Below are positions 23,089 through 34,200 of a stretch of DNA of 64,000 bases, in pieces (position 1 is the first letter of the stretch; every line of letters starts with the position of its first letter). The translations under genes and the position numbers were made by a program. The stretch is from sequence record NC_070966.1; one strand, given 5' to 3'. The notes under the pieces are model-generated. The model did no database searches, was not told the DNA's origin, and was given only the letters and a program-made list of their open reading frames with translations.

Positions 23089-24803
23089 TAATGGCATCTC
23101 GTAGAATTTACAGTCAGCAAGAAATTGATAAGATTACTCCAATGGTCTGGAGGGAGATTGATAAACAATTTCCTTTCGATAGTGCTCGTTCAGGTCAGAA
23201 AGATCTGATTTTCAGAATTGTTAAAGCTTATATGGAAGGCAAGAAGTACTTCATTCTTGAAGCTCCTACTGGTACAGGTAAGTCAGTTATTGGTACAACT
23301 GCTGCAAAAGTGATTTCAGCACTATTCACTCTAGAAGCAGAAGACGATAAGAAGGCTCCTCCTAGCAATAGTTGTGTATGTACTAAGACGAAGGCACTTC
23401 AGAAACAGTACTCTGACTCCTTTCCAGATATCGTTACACTCTGGTCAAAGACAGGATATCCTTGTAACCTAGAACCGTACAATCCGGATGCTTATTACGG
23501 ATCGTATACATGTTCCAAGAAGTACTGCAAGCTATTCAATGAATGTAATTTCAGAGTAGCTCGTGAGAAGTTTAACAGTGCTAGTACTGGTACACTCAAC
23601 TATGCGTACTACTTGAATTTTCGTCATTATCGATCAAAAGTACTAGTGCTTGACGAATGCCATACACTAGAGCAAGTTCTATGCAATCACCTGAGTGTTA
23701 AGTTCAATGTAGAATTCACTCATCGTACTCTACAAGTTATGCTTAAGTACGATTTGATATCCTCTGAACTAGCTTCTAAACTTTATGCACTGCTGACTAA
23801 TGCGATTTCTATCAAGGATACAATGCCGAGATGGTTTCTTGTTATGAAGTCGATCATTCAAGCTATGAAGCCTATTGTATCCCTGATGGTATCGAATTTT
23901 AATAGTCTTCAGGATGAAATTGATATGGGTAACTATACAATTGATCCTACGGCTAAGAAGAATCTGTACCATCATGCTGGTTTAGTGAATACTCTAGAAG
24001 GTAAGTTACAGAAGCTACTTCATTCTTCTGTTGAATGGGTTATTTCTGAACGTAAGGACAATGACTTCATTGAATTGAAGCCTGTGGAATTGCATGAAGA
24101 GGCACATATTCTATTCAATAGATGTGAGTTCGCAATCTTAATGTCTGCTACGATCTGTGGTATTCAAGTCTTCGCAGAGAATCTTGGTATCAAGCTGCAT
24201 GAGTATTCATCAGCTCAGTTGAATTCTACTGTACCAGTCGAGAATCGTCGAGTATATTCTGTTGGACTACCTTCATTCTCTCGTGAGACTAAAGAGGAAG
24301 TATTTCCACTTTATGTCCATGTTATGGACGAGTTGATTAGTCAATTCGCACCTAATGATCGAGGAATTATTCATAGCGTATCTTACGACAATGCGAGATT
24401 TATCGTTGATAACTCTAAGCATTCTCATCGCATGAAGATTCCTGAATCTTATGAGTTGATGCATATCAAAGACTATATGTCAATGGAAGATGATCGTATT
24501 ATCGTGACTCCTGCAGCAATCGAAGGTCTTGATCTTGAAGGCGATCTATCCAGATTTCAAGCATTCTTGAAAGTACCTTATCCATATCTTGGAGATAAGT
24601 GGGTAGCTCGTAAGAAAGAAATCAGTAATGATTGGTACCTGCGAGAGACTATCTCGGCTATCGTACAAGGTGCTGGACGAAGCGTTCGTGGTGGTGATGA
24701 TTATGCTACCACTTTTATTATGGATAGTAATTTTGATCGCTTAACTTATCGAGGAGATTTGATTCCTCAATGGTTCAGTGAAGCTATTGTTAAATTAGGT
24801 TAA
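23082..24803 (+). CDS. DinG/YoaA-like SF2 helicase (Fe-S type)
   Basis: APTGTGKS, Cys cluster, LDECH, 'LMSATI', 'EGLDLEG', 'KVPYPYLGD', 'QGAGRSVR'. Confidence 0.9.
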   Translation: MVIMASRRIYSQQEIDKITPMVWREIDKQFPFDSARSGQKDLIFRIVKAYMEGKKYFILEAPTGTGKSVIGTTAAKVISALFTLEAEDDKKAPPSNSCVCTKTKALQKQYSDSFPDIVTLWSKTGYPCNLEPYNPDAYYGSYTCSKKYCKLFNECNFRVAREKFNSASTGTLNYAYYLNFRHYRSKVLVLDECHTLEQVLCNHLSVKFNVEFTHRTLQVMLKYDLISSELASKLYALLTNAISIKDTMPRWFLVMKSIIQAMKPIVSLMVSNFNSLQDEIDMGNYTIDPTAKKNLYHHAGLVNTLEGKLQKLLHSSVEWVISERKDNDFIELKPVELHEEAHILFNRCEFAILMSATICGIQVFAENLGIKLHEYSSAQLNSTVPVENRRVYSVGLPSFSRETKEEVFPLYVHVMDELISQFAPNDRGIIHSVSYDNARFIVDNSKHSHRMKIPESYELMHIKDYMSMEDDRIIVTPAAIEGLDLEGDLSRFQAFLKVPYPYLGDKWVARKKEISNDWYLRETISAIVQGAGRSVRGGDDYATTFIMDSNFDRLTYRGDLIPQWFSEAIVKLG

Positions 24804-24805
24804 TT

Positions 24806-25114
24806 ATGAGCAAATATCGTACAGTACATACTCTCAAGACGCTTGCACCATTCTACTATGCTGTAATGAATGGTGAGAAGACATTTGAGATTCGTAAGAA
24901 TGACCGACAGTTTCAGAAGGGTGATCTTCTAGTCCTTGATCTTTATGAACCAGACAATCAAACAAAGAATACTATGATTAGACCAGTATCCGTTTATTGT
25001 GAAGTAACATGGGTACTTGCTGGAGGTCAGTTTGGTATCGAGCTAGGATATGCAGGATTGGCTATTCGTATTCTTAACTCACAGGAATTTAATGAATTAA
25101 GAGGTCCTTTCTGA
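24806..25114 (+). CDS. ASCH/DUF3850-domain protein
   Basis: 'HTLKT...FYYAVMNGEKTFEIRKNDRQFQKGD.LVL'. Confidence 0.85.
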   Translation: MSKYRTVHTLKTLAPFYYAVMNGEKTFEIRKNDRQFQKGDLLVLDLYEPDNQTKNTMIRPVSVYCEVTWVLAGGQFGIELGYAGLAIRILNSQEFNELRGPF

Positions 25115-25119
25115 GATTA

Positions 25120-25150
25120 TTCAGCGAAATTCGGCTCTGAGAGCCTTCCT
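25120..25150 (+). promoter_or_regulatory. conserved intergenic motif, copy 5
   Basis: TTCAGCGAAA ttcggctctga GAGCCTTCCT upstream of the HD/polymerase genes. Confidence 0.6.
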
Positions 25151-25182
25151 TTCTACGACCCCTTAGATGAGATCGACACTTT

Positions 25183-25854
25183 ATGAAAGACATTGTCTTT
25201 AATCCTCTCCTTAAGATCTCTAGTGTGAACCGGTACTCCGGAGTTTATCTGACCAAGAATGAGTCAGTTTCAGATCACACTACTCAAACTGGATTACTAT
25301 GTATTCTAGTCGGCAACGAGATCAATAAACGTCTTGCGAAATTGAAATCCTCTGTTAGAGTGAATCTCGAGAAATTAGCCTACAAGGCTTTAATCCACGA
25401 TCTCGAGGAATCCAAGACTTGTGACACTCCTAGAAATGTTAAATACTTCAATGACTTGATTTATCAAGAATTTGAGAGAATGGGTGACCAGGTTGTTCTT
25501 GAACTATCTGAACTCTATGAATTTCCTGAGCTCTATGAGCAATGGAAAAATGCTAAGGATAAGACTCTAGAAGGGTATATTCTTAAGATCTGCGATATGA
25601 TTCATGTCGTACGTAAACTAGTTGATGAAGTTGTACTTCTTGGAAATCTTAACATGCTTCAGGTAGCACTGGAGTTGAAGGATCATCTGAAGAAGACTCA
25701 CGATTATATTAATAAGATTACAGATCTACCTGCTGAAGCGATTGACGTCTTTAATGAATTGACGATTTTCTCATTGGATACCGTTAACTATATTCTTAAG
25801 AAACATCAATCGGAGATTACAGATTATAACTTTACATCTCTGAAGAGCGCATAA
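25183..25854 (+). CDS. HD-domain 5'-deoxynucleotidase (YfbR-like)
   Basis: 'NRYSG...ESVSDHT', 'ALIHDLEESKTCDTPRNVK', 'LKICDMI'. Confidence 0.85.
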   Translation: MKDIVFNPLLKISSVNRYSGVYLTKNESVSDHTTQTGLLCILVGNEINKRLAKLKSSVRVNLEKLAYKALIHDLEESKTCDTPRNVKYFNDLIYQEFERMGDQVVLELSELYEFPELYEQWKNAKDKTLEGYILKICDMIHVVRKLVDEVVLLGNLNMLQVALELKDHLKKTHDYINKITDLPAEAIDVFNELTIFSLDTVNYILKKHQSEITDYNFTSLKSA

Positions 25855-28800
25855 TGTCCTTAGAAATTGAATCCATTATTAACAAAGTTGATCTGACTAG
25901 TGATGTTCGTGTATGTCACATGTGCCCACTAGCTGAGAAGTTTGGTGGATGTGATAATCTTGGACGAGTATCTTTTGAGATTGTAGGTCAGAATCCTAAG
26001 GTTCTACTTGTAGGTGAAGCACCTGCAGCTGAGGATCTGAAATCTGAACGACCATTCAGTAGTCAGTCTGGTTCATTCTTGAGAATGGCGATGGCTGAAA
26101 TTGGCATTAATGATTACGCTCTAGCGAATGTGATCATGTGTCAACCTAAGAGTGTAAATATCTACACTCCGACTCCTGAAGAGTCCGCTCACTGTAAAGC
26201 ACATATTCAAAGATTTGTTGAAAAGTACAAACCTGAGACAGTCATCTTGCTCGGACGAGGAGCATATGAAGTCATTCTACCAGAGAGTTACTTCGCAGGT
26301 CAGTCAGTTACGAATGTAACCAAGAAGAAGGCTATCGAAATTGATGGTGTACGTTATGGAGCAGCATTTCATCCATCGTATATCTTCCGTAATGGTGGTA
26401 AAGAATCACCACAGTACATCGACTTCTTGAATCGATTGAGACGACTGACTCAGAATAGTGTTGATGCAGAATTCATCGTACCGTTTAAGATCGTTAATCT
26501 CGATCAACTAGATGAGACTCTCGAAGAGTTTGATGTCTACAAAGAACTAGGCTTCGACTATGAAGGTACCTCGCTTGATCCGTATGACGTCAATTATCAG
26601 GTTCTCGGACTTGGTATGTCATCGATGGACAAGGCAGTTTATATCGACTTTCATCGAGAGCCTACTCAAGAAGAAAAGAATAAGATATCTGACTTCATTC
26701 GTAAGAAGCAGATGTGGGTTTATAACGTCAACTATGAAACCAAAGTTACATGGTCTAAGTTGAGTAATGATCTTATTCGATTCCACGATGCGATGACTCT
26801 TGTAAAGATCGACTGTTCTCCTGGATCACTGAAGGACAATGCTCGTAAATATCTGAATGCAGAAATCTGGGAAGAGATCGTAGGTAACTTGACTACCTTG
26901 TTCTACGATATCTTCCAATTTATGAAGAAGATTGAGGAGAAATCTCCTAAACTATATAATGCTTGTAGACAAGCTAATATGGAGGCGATCTATCTTCTTA
27001 AGGAAGATACTGCTGAGAAAATCACTGGTGGTAAGAAGAATCCTAAGGTTACGAGATATCGTACCAAGCAGGCAGATCATGCAGACTACATATCTGCTAA
27101 GATCTCTGCACTTAGAGAATTCTGCTCTGATGAAGATATCCAACGTGGATTTACTAAGTTTCCTTACGAGTGGGCAGCTGTTCCTCCGAAGATTCTAGGT
27201 GAATACTGCTGCTACGACTCTTATTACACACTAGGTCTTAAGAATCATCTGTGGGATAAGTATAAGAGCGTTTACCAGTATTATATCACCCAAGGGTGGC
27301 TAGGCTCTACGATGGAGAGCTATGGTCTGAATTGGGATGATGATAAAGCTTCTGAGCATGAACGATTCTATCTCGTTGAAGCTACGACATGCTTGAATCA
27401 GATCATTCAGAAATTGGATTTTGGTGAGAAAACTCTTGATATTCATACAAGAGCAAGCATGATTTTCAATGACTCTAGTCTTCCTGATGCTAGGAAACTC
27501 ATTGATCTGAAAGGTATCTTTAATCCAGGTACTCCAGATAAACTTAAACAGAAACCCTTCTGGGATAAGTACGTAACTGACTTTACGACTGCAATATCCA
27601 TCTATCTTGTTCTCAGTGAACAGATTCTAATGTCTCCAATCATTCCTGACCAAGCGATTGAGTTAGTCGATCGTCAAGATCTCAATAAAGCTATTGAGAA
27701 TTTGATGTCAGTAGATTGGACTAAGTACGATGGAGTTGATCTTAAGACTGCCAAGTCAATTCAGAAATTGATGATGGATCTTATTGGTACACTCGATGAG
27801 AAGATCGGATGGAAGCTATATGCATTCAGAAGTGATGTTCTAGAGTGGCAATATAAAGCTCACGAAACGTACGGTGGACTAGATATCGACAATCGTGAGA
27901 CTTGGACTCCTGAGTTCGAGTTGTTATATCTTCTGAGAAGATATAAAAAGGTTGAGAAGAGTAAGAATACGTACATCAATGGTAAGGTAGGTAGAGCACG
28001 AGTATGGTTGTCGACAGTCGATGATTACCAGAAGCCTCCTGTTCGACTGAAGCGTTACTTTGATGTTATGGAAGAGAGACAGTGGAAGAAGTATGAACTT
28101 CAGCATAACGAGAGATGGATTCTTGATACAGAATTCAATGTTGCTGGTGCAAATACTAAACGATGGAAAGCAGCTATTCATACTGTTCCATGGGGATCAG
28201 AACTCCGAGAGATCTATGCATCTCGTTGGTGGGATGGTCTGTTTATGCATTACGACTACTCTCAGGCAGAAGTTCGAATTCTAGCAGCTATCTCTCAGGA
28301 TAGAGCACTACTGGAAGCATTCGCTGATCCTGATACTGACATTCACATGTTCGTTGCATCTCGAATCTGGAAGAAAGATCCTAAGGATGTGACTCCAGCT
28401 GAGCGTCGATATGCTAAGGTCTGCTCGTTCTCGATTTTGTACGGTAAGTCTATCGAAGGATTTGCTACTGAACATACCAAGGGTGATGTTGCAGCAGCTA
28501 AGCGTATCTTTGATGACTTCTATGCAGCATTCCCTCAAGTTAAGGAGTGGATTGAGAAACAGCATAGAGATGCGAAAGTATCTGGTAAGGTCTTTACCTT
28601 ATTCGGAGATCCTCTGTATCTTGATATGTCGGACCCTAATGGTGCTATGCGTGATGCTCAAAACTGGCCAATTCAGTCCTCGAGCAGCTGTGTAGCAGGA
28701 TGGGCTATCTGGATGAACTACGAGTTTTCTAGAAATAGAAACATTCCGATTCTTCCAATGGTCTTTACTCACGACTCTCACGATATGGAATTCAGATGTC

Positions 28801-29183
28801 AACATCTATTCGAGACGATTGATACTGTTCTCGAAACTGCAGTTGATCTACCTAAGCGTAGATTTAATCTTCCGATGAAGATCGACTGGGAAATCGGTGT
28901 TAATCAGTCTGATGCAATTGAGTTCAAAGAAACATCTCGATTTGATGAAGGTCGAGGTCGTACGTATCACTTTGAATGCAATGAAAATGCAATGATGCCT
29001 GTATTCGATCGTCTAAAGAACTACTTTGACATCGAATATGAAGTCACTTCTAGAGAGACTGAGAGAGCATCGCTGAAAGAAATGTTCGTTGCAAGACGAG
29101 CATTCTCTAAGTATCTTGGTACAGATGTAACCGTCGTAGGTGGTAACCTCAAACTAGTGAAGAAAAATGGGATAAAAATATGA
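25854..29183 (+). CDS. family A DNA polymerase with an N-terminal uracil-DNA-glycosylase-like (family 4) domain and 3'-5' exonuclease
   Basis: UDG: CHMC, GEAPA, 'NVIMCQP', HPSY; exonuclease: FDYEGT, 'FHDAM', 'YCCYDS'; polymerase: DYSQAEVRILA, RRYAKVCSFSILYG, NWPIQS, THDS. Confidence 0.92.
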   Translation: MSLEIESIINKVDLTSDVRVCHMCPLAEKFGGCDNLGRVSFEIVGQNPKVLLVGEAPAAEDLKSERPFSSQSGSFLRMAMAEIGINDYALANVIMCQPKSVNIYTPTPEESAHCKAHIQRFVEKYKPETVILLGRGAYEVILPESYFAGQSVTNVTKKKAIEIDGVRYGAAFHPSYIFRNGGKESPQYIDFLNRLRRLTQNSVDAEFIVPFKIVNLDQLDETLEEFDVYKELGFDYEGTSLDPYDVNYQVLGLGMSSMDKAVYIDFHREPTQEEKNKISDFIRKKQMWVYNVNYETKVTWSKLSNDLIRFHDAMTLVKIDCSPGSLKDNARKYLNAEIWEEIVGNLTTLFYDIFQFMKKIEEKSPKLYNACRQANMEAIYLLKEDTAEKITGGKKNPKVTRYRTKQADHADYISAKISALREFCSDEDIQRGFTKFPYEWAAVPPKILGEYCCYDSYYTLGLKNHLWDKYKSVYQYYITQGWLGSTMESYGLNWDDDKASEHERFYLVEATTCLNQIIQKLDFGEKTLDIHTRASMIFNDSSLPDARKLIDLKGIFNPGTPDKLKQKPFWDKYVTDFTTAISIYLVLSEQILMSPIIPDQAIELVDRQDLNKAIENLMSVDWTKYDGVDLKTAKSIQKLMMDLIGTLDEKIGWKLYAFRSDVLEWQYKAHETYGGLDIDNRETWTPEFELLYLLRRYKKVEKSKNTYINGKVGRARVWLSTVDDYQKPPVRLKRYFDVMEERQWKKYELQHNERWILDTEFNVAGANTKRWKAAIHTVPWGSELREIYASRWWDGLFMHYDYSQAEVRILAAISQDRALLEAFADPDTDIHMFVASRIWKKDPKDVTPAERRYAKVCSFSILYGKSIEGFATEHTKGDVAAAKRIFDDFYAAFPQVKEWIEKQHRDAKVSGKVFTLFGDPLYLDMSDPNGAMRDAQNWPIQSSSSCVAGWAIWMNYEFSRNRNIPILPMVFTHDSHDMEFRCQHLFETIDTVLETAVDLPKRRFNLPMKIDWEIGVNQSDAIEFKETSRFDEGRGRTYHFECNENAMMPVFDRLKNYFDIEYEVTSRETERASLKEMFVARRAFSKYLGTDVTVVGGNLKLVKKNGIKI

Positions 29184-29911
29184 GTCGAGCAAAATCACTG
29201 ATCGACATGATTAAAGGAACCAAGAACGAGTCTGGTGACGATGACGACGAAATCTCAAATCGTCGTCGTGGTGGTACTTGGATTGATCCTCATCATGTTG
29301 ACGCAGCATCCAAGAATCTGAAGCGTACTCAGTCATTCTACAAGAAGGCTAGTAATGCTAGCTCAGTTGAAGATCAAGAGTATTGGTTAGCTCGAGTCTT
29401 TAACAAGAATGCTGTTGCTAAGAGAATCTCCTCTGGATTCTATAACAAGGAAGCTAAGGCAGGAGTCGTAGGCGTCGATGACGTTGAAGATCTGTCAGCA
29501 TCTCTTGTTACAGGTAATCCAAGAGCATCGGGTCGTGTTACGACTAAGGATCACACACGTAATCCTGAAGAGATCTTTGCTGCTAACCAGATCGTTAAAG
29601 CTCTCTACGATACGATTGACAAGAAGTGGCCTGGACGTCCTCAGAACAAGATGGTTCTGACATACTTCCTCAAGGTCAATAAAGCTGATCATCTTATTAA
29701 CTTTAAGCTTCCATACGATGATCGTGTGGAAGAAATCATCTCTTCTATTGAGAAATATGCTAAAGACAATAACTCCAAGATTACTTGGACTACTCCTAAG
29801 CAGTTTCAGAATTTTTCAGGTATTGAAGACAGAATGTATGCAAAGGTCATGCAGTTCCTAGCAGATAATGCTGTAGAATTGGGTGCTCTTATCATTCGAG
29901 GTAAGAAATAA
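29180..29911 (+). CDS. hypothetical protein (MSRA tag; possible divergent sigma-like C-terminal half)
   Basis: MSRAKSLIDMIK..KNE; 'NPEEIFAANQIVKALYDTI...KMVLTYF'. Confidence 0.75.
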   Translation: MSRAKSLIDMIKGTKNESGDDDDEISNRRRGGTWIDPHHVDAASKNLKRTQSFYKKASNASSVEDQEYWLARVFNKNAVAKRISSGFYNKEAKAGVVGVDDVEDLSASLVTGNPRASGRVTTKDHTRNPEEIFAANQIVKALYDTIDKKWPGRPQNKMVLTYFLKVNKADHLINFKLPYDDRVEEIISSIEKYAKDNNSKITWTTPKQFQNFSGIEDRMYAKVMQFLADNAVELGALIIRGKK

Positions 29912-30258
29912 TGGACCAGAGAGTACTTGACGTTCTAGCTCAAGGATATATTAATCGTGAGCTTACACTACCAGCCGCTGATCTATCTAAGGCTGTTATT
30001 TATATTGTTAATTATCATGTTAGACATAAGACAAGTGGACTGGCAGATCTAAAGACTGCTTATGGTAGTCCTGAGTCTTCTAATCTGGCAGTTAGGTTCT
30101 ACTCTACAGGTCTATTTAATGGTGTTGTAGATAATGATTCTAAGAGCTCAGATCTATTCTGGTCTCTATTCAATTCGATGACTACATCTCTGATGATTGA
30201 GTCCATCAATGAATCGTTAGCTGAATCCTCGAAAGAAGTTGAAGTGATCGCCGAATAA
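29911..30258 (+). CDS. hypothetical protein
   Basis: TAATG coupling to the previous gene. Confidence 0.7.
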   Translation: MDQRVLDVLAQGYINRELTLPAADLSKAVIYIVNYHVRHKTSGLADLKTAYGSPESSNLAVRFYSTGLFNGVVDNDSKSSDLFWSLFNSMTTSLMIESINESLAESSKEVEVIAE

Positions 30259-30353
30259 AGGCGCTTACTTGTTGGGTAAATGGGTGCAGTTAGGCTCTTG
30301 GAGGGATTCTTATTCGGTGAGCCCTCCAAGGCTTCCAGAAAGAGGGTAATGTA

Positions 30354-31010
30354 ATGGCTAGCGATAGACAGATGAAAGGTTACATCTGGGGAGAGCAAAT
30401 CCTGGATCATGCTCACATTGAGCATTATGCAAGGGCGATGAGATCCGATGATGTACGTACCGAGGAGTACTGGTACCAGGCAGTATTTCATGGGAAGAAC
30501 CACTCTAAGGTTCTTCAGTCGGAAGTCTTTCATAAGAAAATCCGCAACAACGTTACAAATAAAGTAGAAGTTGAGACTCTGGTTTCTACTTCTAACTCTG
30601 ACGTCGTTAATGATGTTCTAGCAGAGGAGAGAAAGAATGAAGTAAAATATTCTCGAGTTATCGAGGATGATAAGGTCGGTAATATGTCCGACTATCTTCC
30701 CGATGCAACTGTTGGGTTCTCAGTTATTATCAGAGAAATAGCTGACAAATGCAACGATGATGAAATCAAGGTCCTGAGCTACTTTGTATGTCAGGAACAT
30801 CTGGATAATATCCTATTCGAGGGGAATTCGATTCATTCATCAAACGATCGCTTCAATCGTACGATCCTAGGTATCTGGGAAAAGAATGTGAAGAGCATCA
30901 ATGATCTGAATCGATTTGTAGGTACTCGTGCTCGTGCTGATAAAGCTAGGTGGAGACTCTGCAATCTCTTGAAGAAGGAGTATCCTGAACTCTTGTCAGG
31001 AAAACGATGA
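30354..31010 (+). CDS. hypothetical protein (possible divergent sigma region-4-like C-terminus)
   Basis: SD 'agaggg'; 'IIREIADKCNDDEIKVLSYF...RARADKARWRLCNLL'. Confidence 0.75.
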   Translation: MASDRQMKGYIWGEQILDHAHIEHYARAMRSDDVRTEEYWYQAVFHGKNHSKVLQSEVFHKKIRNNVTNKVEVETLVSTSNSDVVNDVLAEERKNEVKYSRVIEDDKVGNMSDYLPDATVGFSVIIREIADKCNDDEIKVLSYFVCQEHLDNILFEGNSIHSSNDRFNRTILGIWEKNVKSINDLNRFVGTRARADKARWRLCNLLKKEYPELLSGKR

Positions 31011-31246
31011 GTCCATCTAACAAGCCCTATGACCCAAAGTTAGACACAATCATCTACGAAAATAGACATCCTGAAACGGGTTTGTGCATCTCGGTGCATA
31101 AATACGGAAGCAGTGAACCGAAGATCAAGTTAGGTCCAAGAATCGTCGGTGACGACTCCAAACCTGTCTACTTGAAATTAGGTAGAATATCTATAAACGA
31201 GTTTTTGTGGATATCCGAGGTCCTAAAACCCTACGTTAAATCTTAG
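31007..31246 (+). CDS. small hypothetical protein, possibly PC4-like ssDNA-binding
   Basis: ATGA overlap; 'ISVHKY...PKIKLGPR...KLGRIS' pattern. Confidence 0.55.
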   Translation: MSPSNKPYDPKLDTIIYENRHPETGLCISVHKYGSSEPKIKLGPRIVGDDSKPVYLKLGRISINEFLWISEVLKPYVKS

Positions 31247-31258
31247 AGGATCTAAAAC

Positions 31259-34200
31259 ATGCAACTTTCTCTGAAGCCAGTCTCTCCAGAATCTGTACTC
31301 TTGACTTCACAAGGAGAGGTCAAGTCGTATGAGACTCTGAACTTCAAGACAGGTCTACCTGTTCGAGACGGTCTCTTGTGCCAGAAGGTATTCGGACCGA
31401 TTAGAGACTACGTATGTGAATGCGGCAAGTACGATGGTAAGAAATACCAGGGACATACTTGTGAGAAGTGCGGTGTTACGGTAGCGAGTTCACGTGCTCG
31501 TACTGTGAGAATGGGTCATATTGATCTTCAAGTTCCCATTCTTAATCCGTTGATGATCGAGTCGATCGAATCGATTATAGGTCTCCCATCCAGAAAGATG
31601 GAGGACTTTATGAAGAACAAGATCTGCCTGAAATTTTCAGCATCTGGTACAGGTAATCTTGTTCGTAAGGACGGTACACGAGGTATCGCGTATTTTGTAG
31701 ATCCTAAGGAATCTGATCCTCGATCTCCTACTCTGCAGCATACGAAGTCGTCTCTGGTTCTTTATGAACTCTTGACGGATCTCGATATTGAAGAGACGCT
31801 CAAAGTCAATGGATCCAAGATCCTGAAGACCTATGTGCAGAAGAACTTCCCTCTTTCTAATCTCTTCATTCGTTATCTACCGGTATCTCCAGCAGGATAC
31901 CGTCCAGTCACTCGTATGAGAAACTACTATTCTCAGCATCCCAAGAATGACCTTTATCAGAAGATCATTCGACGTACTCTGCGAGTGAAGGAACTGGTTA
32001 ATATCAATGCAGACTCAATGATTCTTCAGGAAGAGGCAGGCATTCTGTATAAGTCTGTCGATCAACTCTTCACTGGAGGAGCTCGAGATGGCGATGGGAA
32101 CCCTCTTCCTGGAACCATTGAGAAGATGATGGGTAAGAGAGGTATTCTCCGAGGAAATCTTCTCGGTAAGCGTACCGACTACTCTGGACGTTCAGTTATC
32201 ACTTCAGCAGGTGATCGTGTAGAAGTGGACCAGATTGGTCTACCTCGTAAGATGGCATACATCTTGTTTCGTCCTTTCATTCTCCGTTATCTGATGACGG
32301 AGTATCTGGATCATTATACTGAAGCACTGAAGCACTACGAGAAGAAGACTGTTATCGCACTGAAGTCTCTCGAGATGGTAGCTAAGGATTATCCGATCAT
32401 CATGAATCGTGCTCCTACGCTTCATAGATACGGTGTAATGTCTTTCCGTACCAAGTTGGTAAATGGTAAGGCTATCCTCGTTCATCCGATTGTATGTTCT
32501 CCATTCAATGCAGACTTCGACGGAGATACTGTAGCTATCCACTTGCCTCTTTCAGCTAAGTCTGTTCAGGAGTGCAAAGATTATCTCATGCCTCAGAACA
32601 ATCTCCTGTCTTCACTTGATGGTGATCCGATCATCAATATGTCGCACGAGATGGTTATCGGTCTTGCTATCATGTCTCGTATTAAGGATCATGATAAGGG
32701 ATTCGGTACATTCCGACGTATGGATGAGCTCGAGTATCTTCATACTGTCACCAATCCTCAGACTAGCCGTCCTACACTTGAGATCTACGATAGAATCAAG
32801 TGGAAAGATGAACGAGGAGTGACAGAGACGTGCTATGGTCGACTTCTTCTCGAGCAGACATTCAAGACCAAGAATCTTCCGAAGGACTTCTCTAAGAAGA
32901 CTATTCGTCGGATGATCAGTGATGCGTACGACAAGCTTGGACCTGATGAACTGATTAAGGTACTGGATGTAGCTACTCAGCTTTCATTCAAGTATGCTAC
33001 GAACTCTGGTTTCTCAGTTTCGATTGATGATTGTAAGGTACCTTCTACGAAACCTGCTAAGATTGCGAAAGCTAGAGAGCAGGAAGCTGAGAATTATCGT
33101 CAATTCGATAACAATGAAATCAATCTTGCAGAGCGTCGAGAGAACAATATTCGTCTCTGGAACGATGTCTTTGAAGATCTTCATCACGATTGGATGAAAG
33201 AAGCAGGTGAGGACAATCCGGTAGTTCTTATGTATACTACTGGTGCTCGTGTTAGTAAGTCTCAGGTCAATCAGATCGGAGTCGCTAAGGGTCTTGTATC
33301 CAATGCACTCAATCAGATCATCGAGAAGCCTATGGTTAACTCCTTCCGTGAAGGATTGTCGACGTTTGAGTACTTTGCATCTTGCTCTGGATCTCGTAAG
33401 TCCATGGCAGACAAGAAGAATCTGACTCCCAAGTCTGGTTATCTTACACGTCGAATGATTACTGCTAGCCGAGATTTCTTCATTAATTCAGATGATTGTG
33501 GTACCGATAAGGGTATCATGCGTACGATGAAGTCCTCGTATGGACGTTATCGTTGCGACAATGGTGAGATGATTGGTACGAACAATAGTGAAGAACTCGT
33601 TAAGGTTCGTAGTCCGATTCATTGTGAGTCGCATGGTGGTATCTGCGTTAAGTGCTACGGTATTGATCCTGCTAAGCGTAAGATCGTCACGAAGGGGTCC
33701 AACGTAGGAGCTATTGCAGCTCACTCGTTGACTGAATCTACAACTCAGATGACGATGCGTACCTTCCATACATCTGGTGCAGTCGTTCTGAAGGATAGTC
33801 CGATGGTCATTACTGCCCAGAAGGATGGTAAGATCAGCTGGGATACTCTTCATCCTGTCTACAGCAAGATTCATGTTGTTGCAGATATGGAAGATTGGGA
33901 TACACCTCTCAATGATCGATTGACGTATACAGTTCATAACAAGATGTCTCGCATTCTTGTTAAGGATGGTCAGTCTGTCAAGAAGGGTGATCCTCTAGCG
34001 ATCTACGTTGATGAAGATCTTGAGAGCGACGACGTCAGTGGATCGCTCCCTAAGATTGAATCTCTGTATGAAGGTCGAGTACCTCCGAAAGCGTACAAGT
34101 CAGTTATCTCGAAGGTAGCTGGTAAGATTGGTATTAACATCGGAGATGAAGGTCTTAAGATCTTCGTTGATGGTGAATACCAAGGTACTGCTCATCCTAA

